Assembly: GCA_050949565.1 (NCBI GenBank)
Contig: JBMNFY010000001.1
Coordinates: 128,001-192,000 of the forward strand
Source: Kiritimatiellia bacterium
Lineage (GTDB): Bacteria; Verrucomicrobiota; Kiritimatiellia; RFP12; UBA1067
Reading direction: 5' to 3'
Length of the DNA: 64,000 nt
A program made the translations under genes and the position numbers. The notes beneath the pieces are model-generated. The model was not told the DNA's origin, ran no database searches, and saw only the letters and a program-made list of their open reading frames with translations. Below, piece by piece: positions 30,421-41,600 of the stretch. Numbering within the stretch: the first letter of the stretch is position 1; the number at the start of each line of letters is the position of its first letter.

Positions 30421-31656
30421 CTAGGTCGTCACGAAGCGTTTTTCGAGTTTCGCCGAAGCCCAATCGGCGACCTTCATGGCGACGTAGGCGTTAATGAACG
30501 CGAAAAACGCGCAGGCGCAGGCTGTCGCAAGATGCATCTGCCATGGCGCGTCTGGGTGCGCGTCACGCCAGACGCGTTGCAGAATCGTCATTGGATAGTG
30601 CGTGCAATAGAGAGGAAATGAGTATCGGCCCAGAAAACGGCAAATCGCCGCCAACTTCACATTTCGGATTTCACCGCCGACGCCGAGCAAAAGGACGAGC
30701 GGCATGCCAATGATCACCGCCAGCGCTTCAAACCTGCCGTTAAGGGGATAGCTCGCGGTCAATCCAAGGAATGACAGGATGGCTTTTGAATAAAGCGGGC
30801 CGTTATTCGGTTTGATCGGCCGCATTTCCGGCGCAAAGAAGATGAAGGAGAGAATGGCGATGCAAATCCAAAGCGATGCGTTCCCTGTACGGATTTTCCA
30901 TCCTTTCCGCGCAATCACCATGCCTGCGAGAAGCGGAAAGGTCATTCGCGCCAAGGCCCCCATGTTGCCACTGTGCCACAGATTCTTCCAAGACGCCGGC
31001 CAGTTCCCCCCTCCGCTCCAGCAGGACCAACTCGGGCCGTAGTGAAAACCGCCTGAAAGTAGTCCGAAGTGATAGGTGAAGGCGATCGCCGCCAACGCCA
31101 GCACAAAGAGCATCCAAGTCTTGAGATGCCGTAACACAAGCGCGTAGAGAATGTTGGCAAGATAGATGTAGAACAATGTCCAGAGCGGTCCCTGAAGCGG
31201 GTGAAGAAGACGCCATCCTAAAAGACTCGGCGCAGGAAGCATCGTACAGCACCAAAGCGTCAGCAGGCCGAGTTGCCGGAGGTTAAGGTATGGGGTAGCG
31301 CGCGGGAGAAGATTGACATACTGCTCGGCCGAAAGGAGATAGCAAGCCGCGCCGATGATCGAGCCAATAATAACGAGCGGATGAAGCCGGATGAGGCGGC
31401 GCTTGAAGAAGCTACGGAGCGTCATTCCCTGTTCCCACCGGTGGTCGTATGCATAGACGAGCGTGAATCCGGTGAGGATAAAGAAATACTCCACCGGCAG
31501 ACATCCGTGGGGTATCAGATGCAGGCCATAACGCGGTATATAATTTTCCGAAAAATGAAGGGCGATGACGATCAGCGCGCAGAATCCGCGCAGCGCATCC
31601 AAGACCTCCAGCTTCGGTCGTGAAGTTTTTTGGGTCGAGTTCATGCGATCTTCCAT
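30421..31656 (-). CDS. Acyltransferase-3 (OafA/YrhL-like) membrane O-acyltransferase
   Basis: LDALRG..AL.VI..H, VEYFFILTGF, FFKRRLIRLHP, PLWTL and FLGRYSFPLY..H motifs. Visibly more AT-rich than its neighbours. Confidence 0.92.
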   Translation of the reverse strand: MEDRMNSTQKTSRPKLEVLDALRGFCALIVIALHFSENYIPRYGLHLIPHGCLPVEYFFILTGFTLVYAYDHRWEQGMTLRSFFKRRLIRLHPLVIIGSIIGAACYLLSAEQYVNLLPRATPYLNLRQLGLLTLWCCTMLPAPSLLGWRLLHPLQGPLWTLFYIYLANILYALVLRHLKTWMLFVLALAAIAFTYHFGLLSGGFHYGPSWSCWSGGGNWPASWKNLWHSGNMGALARMTFPLLAGMVIARKGWKIRTGNASLWICIAILSFIFFAPEMRPIKPNNGPLYSKAILSFLGLTASYPLNGRFEALAVIIGMPLVLLLGVGGEIRNVKLAAICRFLGRYSFPLYCTHYPMTILQRVWRDAHPDAPWQMHLATACACAFFAFINAYVAMKVADWASAKLEKRFVTT

Positions 31657-31816
31657 CCCTCCTCGTTTTCACACATCCACTTCATTGTGTCTCTTCTCTG
31701 TTCGCCCTTTTCGTGCACCTAATCCGAGACAAATTCATTACCGCCCCCACAGTAAGTGTCCATTATGAGGGGAGGGCGGGAACAGTCAACCCTAAACACC
31801 GTTTTTAAAAGCGGCC

Positions 31817-31845
31817 TTGACTTTCAGGGCCAAATTTAGTACAGT
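31817..31845 (+). promoter_or_regulatory. Putative sigma70 promoter of rpoD (a divergent TTGACT...CATAAT promoter lies on the minus strand near 31761-31789)
   Basis: TTGACT-N17-TACAGT. Confidence 0.6.
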
Positions 31846-31937
31846 TGCCCCTCGTTTCTTGCGTATAATAGGTGAGGTCTATCTTGGACCGGTGGACTTT
31901 CGCTGTGATGGTGGAACGTACGAGGAATTAAGACCCG

Positions 31938-34028
31938 ATGGCAGCAACTAAATCAAAAGCAAAAAAAACTGCGGCAACAAAGGCTTCCCCCGCCAAAAAG
32001 CCCGCGAAGAAGAAGGCTTCCCCCGCGAAACCTAAGACCAAGAAGAAAAAGACCGTCAAGGCTTCGGCGGTACCGAAGGACACAGATGACGAGCAGGTGG
32101 TGGACGTCATGGAGGCGGGAGAGGCGATTGAGCCCACTGATGACGAATTGGCTTTTGAAGCCGATGACGCATCGCTCAGCATGGACGACGACGCCGATGT
32201 CGACGTAGATATGAGCGATGCAGGTGTCTTGGATGAGCTGGACCGCGATCTTGATGACGGTGAGGATGATTTTGACGATGGCGACGACGATGAAGACGCC
32301 GAGGACGGCGTTGACTTCGACGTGATTGAAGGTGCTGATTTCAGCGTGGGGTTCGAGTCTGAATTGGCGCTGGATGCGGACCACCTTGAAGCCAAGGCCA
32401 AGCGTGAAGAGCGCAGTGAGCGGATCAAAACGCTGATCAAGCGCGCTGAGGCTCAGGGTGGCTACCTGACCTACGACGATATCAATGAAGTCCTGCCAAA
32501 CGCGGTGATCAAGGATACCGACATCGAAGCATATCTGGCGATCTTGCGCGGTATGGATATTGAGATCATCGATGCGTCAGAGGTCGAGCGTTTCCGCAGT
32601 GAGCACGAGCAGGAAGAGCAGCGCAGCCGTAGCAGCCGGATGGATTTCTTTGACGATCCGATCCGCATGTATCTGCATCAGATGGGGCAGGTGCCGTTGC
32701 TGACGCGTGAGCAGGAGATTGAGATCTGCAAGCGTATCGAAGTGGCTGAAAGCAAAGAACGGGAGATGTTTAACCAGTTCGCCTTCACGCCCCGGCTTTA
32801 TCTGGAATTGCTGGACCGTCTTGAGACCGGTACGGAGCGTTTCGACCGGGTCGTGACCGATAAGTTTTCAGAAAGCCGCGACGTCTACATGGAGGGTGTC
32901 GACAAGATCAAGAAGAACCTCTTGTCCGTGCGCTCCAAGATCCTTAAGGCGTACGATCAGGTGGCCGCCTGTGGCGAAGAGGATACGCCCAAGCGCAAGC
33001 GCGCCGTCAAAAATCTGGAGAAGGCACGGCAGGACTTGTTCGCCGCTTTTCACACGCTGAATTTCAAACAAAAGATTCTCGAGAGCCTGTGTGCTGAGGC
33101 TGACGAGAAGATCTACCGCCCATACAAAAACCTGCTGGGCGAGCGTGCCAAGCTGCTCAAGCAACGCCAGACCAAAAAGCGCGACCAAGCGCTTCAGGAG
33201 ATCGAAGTGCGTTGCGCGGGCATCGAGCAGGAGTTCGGTATGGACCCCGAGGAGTTTCTCGTTCGGTTCGAGGAACTGCGTGACGTGCTGCGTTCTGGCC
33301 AGAAAGCCAGAACCGAGATGGTCGAGGCCAATCTGCGTCTGGTCATCAGCATCGTCAAGAAGTACATGAACCGTGGGCTTTCTTTCCTGGACCTGATTCA
33401 GGAGGGTAACACCGGCTTGATGAAAGCCGTGGAGAAGTTTGAGTATCGCCGTGGCTACAAGTTCAGCACGTACGCCACGTGGTGGATCCGGCAGGCTGCG
33501 ACCCGGGCAATCGCTGACCAGGCCCGCACCATCCGCATTCCGGTTCACATGATCGAAACGATCAACAAGCTGCTGCGCGTGCAGAAGAAGCTTATTCAGG
33601 AACTGGGACGCGAACCGACGCCGGAAGAGGCCGCCGAGGAGATGGACATCCCCGTTGAGCGCGTGCGCGCCGTGTACCGCATGGCTCAGCAGCCGATATC
33701 GCTGCAAAGCCCGGTGGGGGATGGCGATGACGCGCATTTCGGCGACTTCATTGAGGATAAATCCGCAGAAAATCCTTCAGAGATGACAGCTTACAGCATG
33801 CTGAAGGAGCGTCTGCAGGAGGTGCTGACAACCCTGACCGACCGTGAGCGCCAGGTGCTGGATAACCGATTCGGACTGACCGACGGTTACTCGCGCACGT
33901 TGGAGGAGGTCGGCAAGCAGTTCAATGTGACGCGCGAACGCATCCGCCAGATCGAAGCCAAGGCGTTGCGCAAGTTGCGTCACCCCACACGGCTGCGCAA
34001 GCTGGAGGGTTTTCTGGAGACGCGCTGA
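31938..34028 (+). CDS. rpoD: RNA polymerase primary sigma factor RpoD
   Basis: [65 protein letters not shown] and [30 protein letters not shown]. Confidence 0.99.
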   Translation: MAATKSKAKKTAATKASPAKKPAKKKASPAKPKTKKKKTVKASAVPKDTDDEQVVDVMEAGEAIEPTDDELAFEADDASLSMDDDADVDVDMSDAGVLDELDRDLDDGEDDFDDGDDDEDAEDGVDFDVIEGADFSVGFESELALDADHLEAKAKREERSERIKTLIKRAEAQGGYLTYDDINEVLPNAVIKDTDIEAYLAILRGMDIEIIDASEVERFRSEHEQEEQRSRSSRMDFFDDPIRMYLHQMGQVPLLTREQEIEICKRIEVAESKEREMFNQFAFTPRLYLELLDRLETGTERFDRVVTDKFSESRDVYMEGVDKIKKNLLSVRSKILKAYDQVAACGEEDTPKRKRAVKNLEKARQDLFAAFHTLNFKQKILESLCAEADEKIYRPYKNLLGERAKLLKQRQTKKRDQALQEIEVRCAGIEQEFGMDPEEFLVRFEELRDVLRSGQKARTEMVEANLRLVISIVKKYMNRGLSFLDLIQEGNTGLMKAVEKFEYRRGYKFSTYATWWIRQAATRAIADQARTIRIPVHMIETINKLLRVQKKLIQELGREPTPEEAAEEMDIPVERVRAVYRMAQQPISLQSPVGDGDDAHFGDFIEDKSAENPSEMTAYSMLKERLQEVLTTLTDRERQVLDNRFGLTDGYSRTLEEVGKQFNVTRERIRQIEAKALRKLRHPTRLRKLEGFLETR

Positions 34029-34164
34029 AGCGGGTCCGGCGCCGTCGCGTGCGATGGGGCGTCGGCCGCGGGTCTTGTCACCGATTGGGTGTGTGTGCAA
34101 GGACTCAGTGTGGCCCCTCTGGCAGAGTCGTGTGTAACCGTCAAGTGGATCAAGGAGGTTCCTT

Positions 34165-34554
34165 TTGGCACAGTGTTGTTTGATGTCGAATCCGGCTGCG
34201 ATAGGTATCGGAGCGGGTGTGATCGGCTTCATCGCCGGTTTTGTTGTGGCGAAAATGTGTGGCGGCGGCTCAAGTTGTTACGCGGGCGGCGATGGTGAAT
34301 GCGTGGAGATTTATGTCGGCAATCTTAGCTATGACATGACCGAAGCGCAGATGCGTAAGGAGTTCGAGAAATACGGCACGGTGAAATCCGCGCGTATTAT
34401 CACGAACCGGTTCAACCATAAGTCCAAGGGTTTCGGATTCGTGGAGATGCCCAACCGGCAAGAGGCCGAGACGGCGATCAAGGCGCTCCATGATAAGGAT
34501 GTGCTTGGACGCAAGTTGCGCGTGAATGAAGCCAAAAACAAATCGCGCGAATAA
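34165..34554 (+). CDS. RRM RNA-binding protein with N-terminal hydrophobic (TM-like) segment
   Basis: RNP2 IYVGNL and RNP1 KGFGFVEM. N-terminal AAIGIGAGVIGFIAGFVVA. RBS AAGGAGG before the TTG start. Confidence 0.9.
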   Translation: MAQCCLMSNPAAIGIGAGVIGFIAGFVVAKMCGGGSSCYAGGDGECVEIYVGNLSYDMTEAQMRKEFEKYGTVKSARIITNRFNHKSKGFGFVEMPNRQEAETAIKALHDKDVLGRKLRVNEAKNKSRE

Positions 34555-34563
34555 AAGCGACGC

Positions 34564-34591
34564 AGCGTCCCGGCAACGGGACGCTTTTTTT
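34564..34591 (+). terminator. Rho-independent terminator
   Basis: AGCGTCCCG-GCAA-CGGGACGCT followed by a T tract. Confidence 0.85.
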
Positions 34592-34608
34592 GTTTCAGAG
34601 GGGAGTGT

Positions 34609-36207
34609 GTGATGGCTGAGAAACGGAAGTCGGAACGGACCATGAGGATCGGGATCGATCCGGCCACTGTGGATCAACAGGCGGCCGCGACATCCCGCCC
34701 GCCTGCGCGGGGAGAGATGCACGCATGGCGTACGCAGCATCAAAAACGCGACACCCCGTTTTACAAATTGCTGGAAAGCGTCTATGACGCGGTGCTGATC
34801 ACCACGCGTGCCGGCAAGATTATTGAGTGTAACGAACGCGCTTGCGAGTTCTTTCAGGCGGAAGCGAAAAAACTGCTCGGACTGAGTGTGGTGAAGCTGA
34901 TTTCCGGTGCGACCGATGCGCTGCTCGACACCATCAACAAGAACCTCGTCAACAAGAAGTACACGCTGGTCGAGGCGCGCTGCAAGCGTTTCAACGGGAC
35001 ATCGTTTGCGGCGGAGATCGCGGTGAACCAAGTGGATCTCGATGCGCATGGGCAGCTCTGTTTCTTCGTGCGTGACATCACGGTGCGCTGGCAGGCGCAG
35101 CAGGCGCTTGAAGACGCGGTGGAGCGGCTGCAAGCGCATGACCGCATGCGTATGGAGTTTGTCTCCAACGTTTCTCACGAGTTGCGCACGCCGCTGACCT
35201 CGATGATCTACGCGGTCAACAACATGTTGCGCGGGGTCGTCGGCCCCATGCCAGAGAAGGCGCTGAATTACTTGGAGCGGTTGCAGTCCGACTGCCAGCG
35301 CTTGCTGGCGACCGTCAATGACATCCTAGACTTGCGTCAAGTTGAGAACAAGACGCTGGTGTTGACCAAAACGGTGGTGCCACTCGGTCAGGTGATTCGC
35401 GACGGTGCTGAAACGCTTCAGGTGCAAGCCGACTCCAAGCGGATCACGATGACGTTTGACTTGGGTGAACGCGAGTTGTTCTGCCTGTGCGATGCGCAGA
35501 AGATCGAGCGGGTGGTCTTGAATATCGTGGGCAACGCCGTCAAGTTCACGCCAGCCAACGGCGCGATCACGCTGACGCTTCGGCAACATCCCGAAAATGC
35601 CAAGCTCGCCTTGCTGACGGTCAGCGACACGGGTATGGGCATCCCGCCCGATGTGCTGCCCAAGATCTCGCAGCGTTATTTCAGGGTTGGTGATCACGTG
35701 AGCGGTACCGGTTTGGGGCTGGCAATCTCGCGCGAGATCGTTGACCTGCACGGCGGCAGTATGTCCTTCGCCAGCCCGGTGCCGGGGAGTACGTGCGGTA
35801 CGGCGGTGTACGTGGGATTGCCGCTTGCGCCCAAGCCGCTGGTTGTCGCGGTGACGCAAGATGCGGAGACCGCACAGTTTCTGCAAGAGAAGGTGGTCGA
35901 CCGAGGTTACGGTCTGTTGTTGACCGAGTCGGGCCAAGAGGCACTGGAGGCCTGCCGCAGCAAGCTGCCGGCGGTGCTGGTGCTCGACCGGCGCATCCAG
36001 GGCGCGGATGTACGCGAGATCATCCTGCAACTGCGCGAAGGCCCAAAGACCAAACGGTTGCCGGTGATTGTCCTAGGCTTGCAGACACTCGAACGCAATG
36101 AGGTTGAGCTCCACCGTCACTTCGGTATCTTCTATTCCAAGTTGCCGTGGCGCGAGAAGGATTTGTCGCGCAACTTGGCGATGGCGGTGCTCGGCAAGTT
36201 GCGCTGA
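34609..36207 (+). CDS. Cytoplasmic PAS-domain hybrid histidine kinase with degenerate receiver domain
   Basis: PAS region (DAVLIT...GKI..CN), H-box FVSNVSHELRTPLT, N-box NIVGNAVKFT, DTGMGIP, GTGLGLAI and a C-terminal REC-like fold. Confidence 0.92.
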   Translation: MMAEKRKSERTMRIGIDPATVDQQAAATSRPPARGEMHAWRTQHQKRDTPFYKLLESVYDAVLITTRAGKIIECNERACEFFQAEAKKLLGLSVVKLISGATDALLDTINKNLVNKKYTLVEARCKRFNGTSFAAEIAVNQVDLDAHGQLCFFVRDITVRWQAQQALEDAVERLQAHDRMRMEFVSNVSHELRTPLTSMIYAVNNMLRGVVGPMPEKALNYLERLQSDCQRLLATVNDILDLRQVENKTLVLTKTVVPLGQVIRDGAETLQVQADSKRITMTFDLGERELFCLCDAQKIERVVLNIVGNAVKFTPANGAITLTLRQHPENAKLALLTVSDTGMGIPPDVLPKISQRYFRVGDHVSGTGLGLAISREIVDLHGGSMSFASPVPGSTCGTAVYVGLPLAPKPLVVAVTQDAETAQFLQEKVVDRGYGLLLTESGQEALEACRSKLPAVLVLDRRIQGADVREIILQLREGPKTKRLPVIVLGLQTLERNEVELHRHFGIFYSKLPWREKDLSRNLAMAVLGKLR

Positions 36208-36212
36208 GCGCG

Positions 36213-38600
36213 TCAATCGACGTGAATCTGCCACTCCAGCACGCCGCCCGAAAAATCGGGCTGGAGCACGGCGCGGAGGCGCAAGGCACGCGCAGTCACC
36301 GGTGTAGTGAAACGCGCCTCGCACAGCTTGTCTTTGGCCACGGGATAGGTGGCGGGAATATCCTGCCAGCCGCCCTGTCCGTCGGGAATCTGGATTGTCC
36401 AAGAGGCCGGTAGACGGCATTGGCCGCGACCGGTGTCATCGAACCAATATACTGAGCATCCTTTCAGTGTTTCCGGACGTCCCAGATCGACATGCAGCCA
36501 CTCCGGTGTGCCTTTGCGCGGCCACCAAGTCATGCGGGGGATGCTGTGGTCGTTCGAGGACTTCGGCAGCAAGCCGTCATTGAGCGCAGCGAGGGTGTCG
36601 TTCTCATAGCAATGCGACGCAGTGAAGGCAAGGTCGCTGCCGGGCTCGGCGTGTTCGTCATCGGTCGGGAACCAGACCTGCATCTCGCCGGCACCACGGT
36701 GGCACCAAGCGAAGTAGGGGATCAGTGTGGCGGTGACTGGCCGCGACGAACGCTTCCCGCGCAGGTCTGCGCTAACCGCGCGCGCATCGGCCGTGAGTGA
36801 GACGAGCCGATGCCCCAGCACCTCCACAGTGCCTTCACGAAACGCAGTGTCCGGCGCGAGCGCTAAATTTAATACGCGTCCGTCATTGTCGGCGGCTTCG
36901 GCGCAGTAAACCAGTGGACCGCGCTCCACCGCCAGCCGCCCGCGGTTGGCGGTGGCAGCCTGATGGCAGCGGATACGGCGGACAGGCATCGGGAAAGTCA
37001 ACGTGACGGTATCACCGGTGCGCCATTCACGTCCGAGCGTCAGATACCCGCGATCAAGCGTGATCGGCACCGACTGCCCGTTGACTGCAACGGAGATATC
37101 TTTGAGCGAGCCGGGCTCGGTTTGCACATAGAGGTCGGAGGGTACCGGCGTGCCGATGGCCCAACCGGGAATACGGATCTTGAGCGGGAACGTGAGACGC
37201 TCCTTGTCCGGCTTCACCTCGATACGCACGTGACCGTTCCAAGGGTAGTCGGTCGTCTGGATCAAGGTGACGGTGCCGACGGGTGTTTTGAGCGCGGCTT
37301 GGCTGGCGACGAAGAGATTCACGTAAACCGTCTCGTCGCGTTGAGCGTAGGTAAACGAAGCGATCTGCGGGATGAAGCGCACGACGTTCACGGGACAACA
37401 GGAGCAGCCGAACCACTTGGAGCGGGCATAACCGCCGCGACTGGCCAGCGGGTTGGGATAGAAGAATTCGTCGCCGCTGATTGAGATGCCGGAGAGGAAA
37501 CCGTTGTAGATCACGCGTTCCAAGACGTCGATATATTTGGCGTCGCCGTGCAGCAGGAACATGCGCTGGTTCCAGAGGGCGTTGGCGATGGCGGCGCAAG
37601 TCTCCAGATAGGCCGTTTCATTCGGCAGTTCGTAGTTGTCGCCGAACGCTTCGCCGCTGCGGCGCGCGCCGATGCCGCCCGTGAGGTGCATCTTTTTTGA
37701 AACGACATTCTCCCAAAGCGCGTCAATGGCGGCAATCAGAGCGCGATCGCCGGTCAGTGCGGCGACATCCGCCATGCCGGTGTAAAGATAACCGGCGCGG
37801 ACCGCATGGCCGACGGCTTCCGTCTGTTGGACAACGGGGATGTGGTCTTGGCAGTAGGGGCCGAAGACCTTGCCGCGCAGATCGCTGCGCCCGCGCATGT
37901 CGATGAAGAATTTTGCGAGGTTGAGATAGCGCGTCTCTCCCGTGGCACGGTAGAGTTTGCAGAGGCCGATTTCAATCTCCTGATGGCCCGGCACACCCTT
38001 GATCTGGTCGGGGGCGGGACCAAAGGTTTTATCGATCAGGTCAGCGTTTTTACGGGCTACATCGAGCAGTGCGCGCTTGCCGGTGACGGTGAAGAGGGCA
38101 ACCGCTGCCTCATACATATGGCCGACGTTATAGAGTTCGTGGCCGTGGGCCAGATTGCTCCAGCGCGTCGGGCCGGTCATGCCGTTTGTGAAGCCCAATG
38201 TGCGTGCGGTGTAGAGATAGCCGTCGGGCTCCTGAGCGGCGGCCATCTTGGCAATCAGTCCGTCCAGATAGGTGTCCAGTTTGGGGTCGGGATGGGGCGC
38301 GAGTGTATAGGCCGCGCCCTCCACGATTTTGAAGACGTCTGAGTCGTCAAAGGGAATACCGCGGAAGGGGCCTTCTTCCAACTTCCCGGCGCGCGCGAAG
38401 TTGGAGATGCGTCCGGTTTCCTCGCTCTTGCGGAAGTCTGCCCAGACCGTGACCAGACGGTTGGTTTCGAAGCGCGGTAGCCAGAAGCCTTCGCGAATCA
38501 CAACTTGATTGAGCGGCACGGGCTGATAGGGGTAATCCGGGGTCGCGGTGCCCCAGCAGACGGTTACGCTGAGCGCACAAACGGCGAGTACTTTTTTCAT
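36213..38600 (-). CDS. GH127 beta-L-arabinofuranosidase-family protein with C-terminal discoidin-like domain
   Basis: FDDSDVFK, HELYNVGH, GHQEIE, GHAVRAGY, YLETCAAIA, WFGCSCCP.N and ERGPLVYCAE motifs. Signal peptide. Confidence 0.95.
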   Translation of the reverse strand: MKKVLAVCALSVTVCWGTATPDYPYQPVPLNQVVIREGFWLPRFETNRLVTVWADFRKSEETGRISNFARAGKLEEGPFRGIPFDDSDVFKIVEGAAYTLAPHPDPKLDTYLDGLIAKMAAAQEPDGYLYTARTLGFTNGMTGPTRWSNLAHGHELYNVGHMYEAAVALFTVTGKRALLDVARKNADLIDKTFGPAPDQIKGVPGHQEIEIGLCKLYRATGETRYLNLAKFFIDMRGRSDLRGKVFGPYCQDHIPVVQQTEAVGHAVRAGYLYTGMADVAALTGDRALIAAIDALWENVVSKKMHLTGGIGARRSGEAFGDNYELPNETAYLETCAAIANALWNQRMFLLHGDAKYIDVLERVIYNGFLSGISISGDEFFYPNPLASRGGYARSKWFGCSCCPVNVVRFIPQIASFTYAQRDETVYVNLFVASQAALKTPVGTVTLIQTTDYPWNGHVRIEVKPDKERLTFPLKIRIPGWAIGTPVPSDLYVQTEPGSLKDISVAVNGQSVPITLDRGYLTLGREWRTGDTVTLTFPMPVRRIRCHQAATANRGRLAVERGPLVYCAEAADNDGRVLNLALAPDTAFREGTVEVLGHRLVSLTADARAVSADLRGKRSSRPVTATLIPYFAWCHRGAGEMQVWFPTDDEHAEPGSDLAFTASHCYENDTLAALNDGLLPKSSNDHSIPRMTWWPRKGTPEWLHVDLGRPETLKGCSVYWFDDTGRGQCRLPASWTIQIPDGQGGWQDIPATYPVAKDKLCEARFTTPVTARALRLRAVLQPDFSGGVLEWQIHVD

Positions 38601-38613
38601 TAGACGAGACTCC

Positions 38614-41600
38614 TTATTTGAGTATGAACAGGAGGCCACGGCTGATCAGCGAAAGCTCTCCTGTTTCGGCGTTGGCGCTAAGCGTCCATTTGTTGGCTGT
38701 TGTGAAAATGGGTGTCAGAGAGCCGGACAGCATACCGGGCGGGAAGGTTGCAATCAGGTAGCGTTTGCCAGGGACGAGCGCTTCTTCGTTCTGGAAGGTG
38801 AGTGTGGCTTGGACAAACGACAGGCTGCCTTGCACGACGAGTCGGTCGCACGCGCCGTCGGGAGTGGCGTCGAACAGCAACGTCGCGCCATCCAAGACGG
38901 TGTCAGTCGCAAGGGTCAACGTGCCCAGCGTGTCAATGCCGCCCGGTGTCAGCAGACCGTTTACGGTGAGTGTGCCGTTGGAGACACACCCATCGCCGCT
39001 TAAGTTGGTTATGGTCTGTGCGGTCTCGTCCAAGTCCACGAAGGCACCGGCTGCCACATCAAAGTTGCCCGCCGACAGCATAGGCTGTGCGCCGCTGATC
39101 AGCCACTTCGCACGCAGATAGGCGCTCACACCCATCATCTCAGGCGGTGTGAGCGCGCGGTTGAAGAGGATCACTTCGGCGACATCGCCCCAACACGTCG
39201 CCGTGAAACGCGAGCCGAGCGTCATCGGCGTGTCGGTCGTGTTGGGCGTCAGGGTGATGGATTTACTGAGGAACGTGTCGGGACCGATCACAGTGGCGGT
39301 GGCCGTACCGTTATCGATCACGAAGTCATACAGTTCAGCGACTCCGTTCGGCCGCGCGGGGAAGGTCATGTCGTTTTTGGGGCCCCATGTGTAGGCGAAG
39401 AAAAGCTCCCGCTGGCTGGCCAGGCCGAAGGCGGTTCTATCGGTATTTCCGCCAACATGCGCGATGAAATTCGAGCTGTTGTTGCGACGGTTGCCGACGG
39501 CGAAAAGCGTCCGGTTGGCCGCGCCGGCAATGCCGAGATTGGTTTTGGTTTTCAAGGACGTGGTGCCGTCAACCGAGAGTACCGGCAGGCCGTTCAATGC
39601 GTTTTGGGTCACCGTGGGGCCCGCACCGGGTACAATCTGCTCCGCATCCAGCGCGGCACCAGCCGCCCCTTTGTTTGCCCACAATGTGACCTGTCCGGCC
39701 GCATTAGTGGTGAGCGTGGCGGAGTCCGCCGCGTCAAACCAAGCGTGGCTCGTCGCCAAGAGCGATTCGATGGAGGGCGAGGTGAGCACCAGCGTGCCGG
39801 CCGCGACAGTCGTACCGCCCTGATGGCCGTTGATGCCCGACAGCGCCAGGCTGCCGGAGCCGATTTTGGCGAGTGTGACCGGTCCATCGATCGTGCCGCC
39901 AAAGGTACAGTCAGTGTTGCCACTGCCGACGGTGAGAGTGACCGCAGCGGGCGAGCTGTTCATGACGCGTCCCACGCCGTTCAGGCTGCTGAACGATTGA
40001 TCAGCGCCGTTGAGATCAAGCACACCGCCGGTAGCGAGATGCAGGGCACCCTCCGGTGGCAACAGGCCGTTGCTGCCGCTGTGCATCAGGGTCTGCATGA
40101 TCGCCACAATCCCCGCCGCAGTGAAGGCTCGGTCGGCAATGAGGAGATTGTCGATGTATCCTTTGAAACCGACATCGCTGGTGGTCTTGCCGACCACGAA
40201 ATTGATACCCTGCGCATTCAGTCCGGTACGGGACGTGGTTCTGACCGGCACCCCGTCCACATACATGGTCTGAGTCAAGCCATCCCATGTGACGGCGATG
40301 TGGTGCCACTCACCATCTTTGAGGTTGGTGCTGAGGCCACTTACCTCAAAGTCGTTGGCATACCAGTAATTTTTGAGACCGTGTGCGCCTGCAAGGCGGA
40401 GGTTGTTGCACTGGTTGTTGGCGTTGTTGCCCCAGCCGCAGAAGCCGCCGGTGTTCGGCGAGCCGTCGTCGCGCATCCAAAGCGCGATGGTGTAGGGCGT
40501 GCTCCCCGTCGGCACACCGGCCGGGAATGTTTGACGGATCAATGTGCTTGAACCGTTCACGTAGAGGGCACCGCCGAAAACACCGGCGTCGGAGTAAGTT
40601 GGCGAACCGGTGCCGGCGACAAGGTGGTTGTCGCGCGCGCTACTGTCCGCGCCCAGATGGTTTGGATCATCGAAGGTGTAGTATGCCTGCGTGCCGTCCG
40701 GCAGGGGCACGAGTTTGAGTAAGCCGCCGTTGACCACGGTGTCGCCGTCATACCGATTGGTGGAGGCGAGAATTAACGAGCCTGCGCCGCTTTTGATCAG
40801 AGAGCCGGTGCCGTACACACTCTTGTTGAGGGTCAGGCCGGTGTTGAGCGACACGGATGCGTTGACCCCGTTCGACAGGACGACCGGCACGTTGATGGCG
40901 TGGTTGCCGCGCAGAACAGCAATACTGGGCTGTGTCGGGGCACCTGCGGCGGTGTCATCTAGGGCGAGGGTGGCGTCGGGTGTGAGGGCGCCAGGATCAA
41001 TACTGTACAGCGCGGGGCTGTCGATGGCGAGGCGCCCCAGGAGGCGGTCGCCGTCCAGTGTGATGGCGGCACTTCCAACAAAGTTGCTGGGTAGAATCGC
41101 CCAATCGCCTTGTCCGCTTGGCACGCCCAGACTCCAGTCGGCGGCACTGGCCCAACTGCTGTTGGTGGCGCTGAGCCAGATTGTGGGGCTCCGCAGCGTG
41201 AAGTTGTCGAACACGGCGGTGCCTGAGTTGTCACTGAAGGTGGCGTGCCAGATACCGACCTGAACGGCCAGCCCGTCCATGTCGTTGCGCACGGATTCGC
41301 CGACCAGCGTCCACGTCACGCCATCTTGGCTGCGATAAGTGGTAAAGAGATTGCCACTGCGGACCAGACGCAGCCAGGGTTGCAGACCGGCGGCCTCCTT
41401 CGTGCTGGTCACGCTGTTGTCGACGCTACGATGGCCGTTTTGATTGCTAAACGCTGCATGTTTGATGGTGACCCAATCTTCGCCGGGCCCCGCGTCGTCC
41501 GGTTCCGGCACACGCGCCATGAGTCCCGCATCGTGCCACTGCACGTTGTTCATGCTGACAACCCGTACCTGGGCATCAAAATCACCGGCGGCCATCTTGA

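Noticed and set aside
30230-31700. tRNA-anchored genomic island or prophage
   Set aside because: No integrase, no phage genes and no duplicated tRNA 3' end were found in the window.
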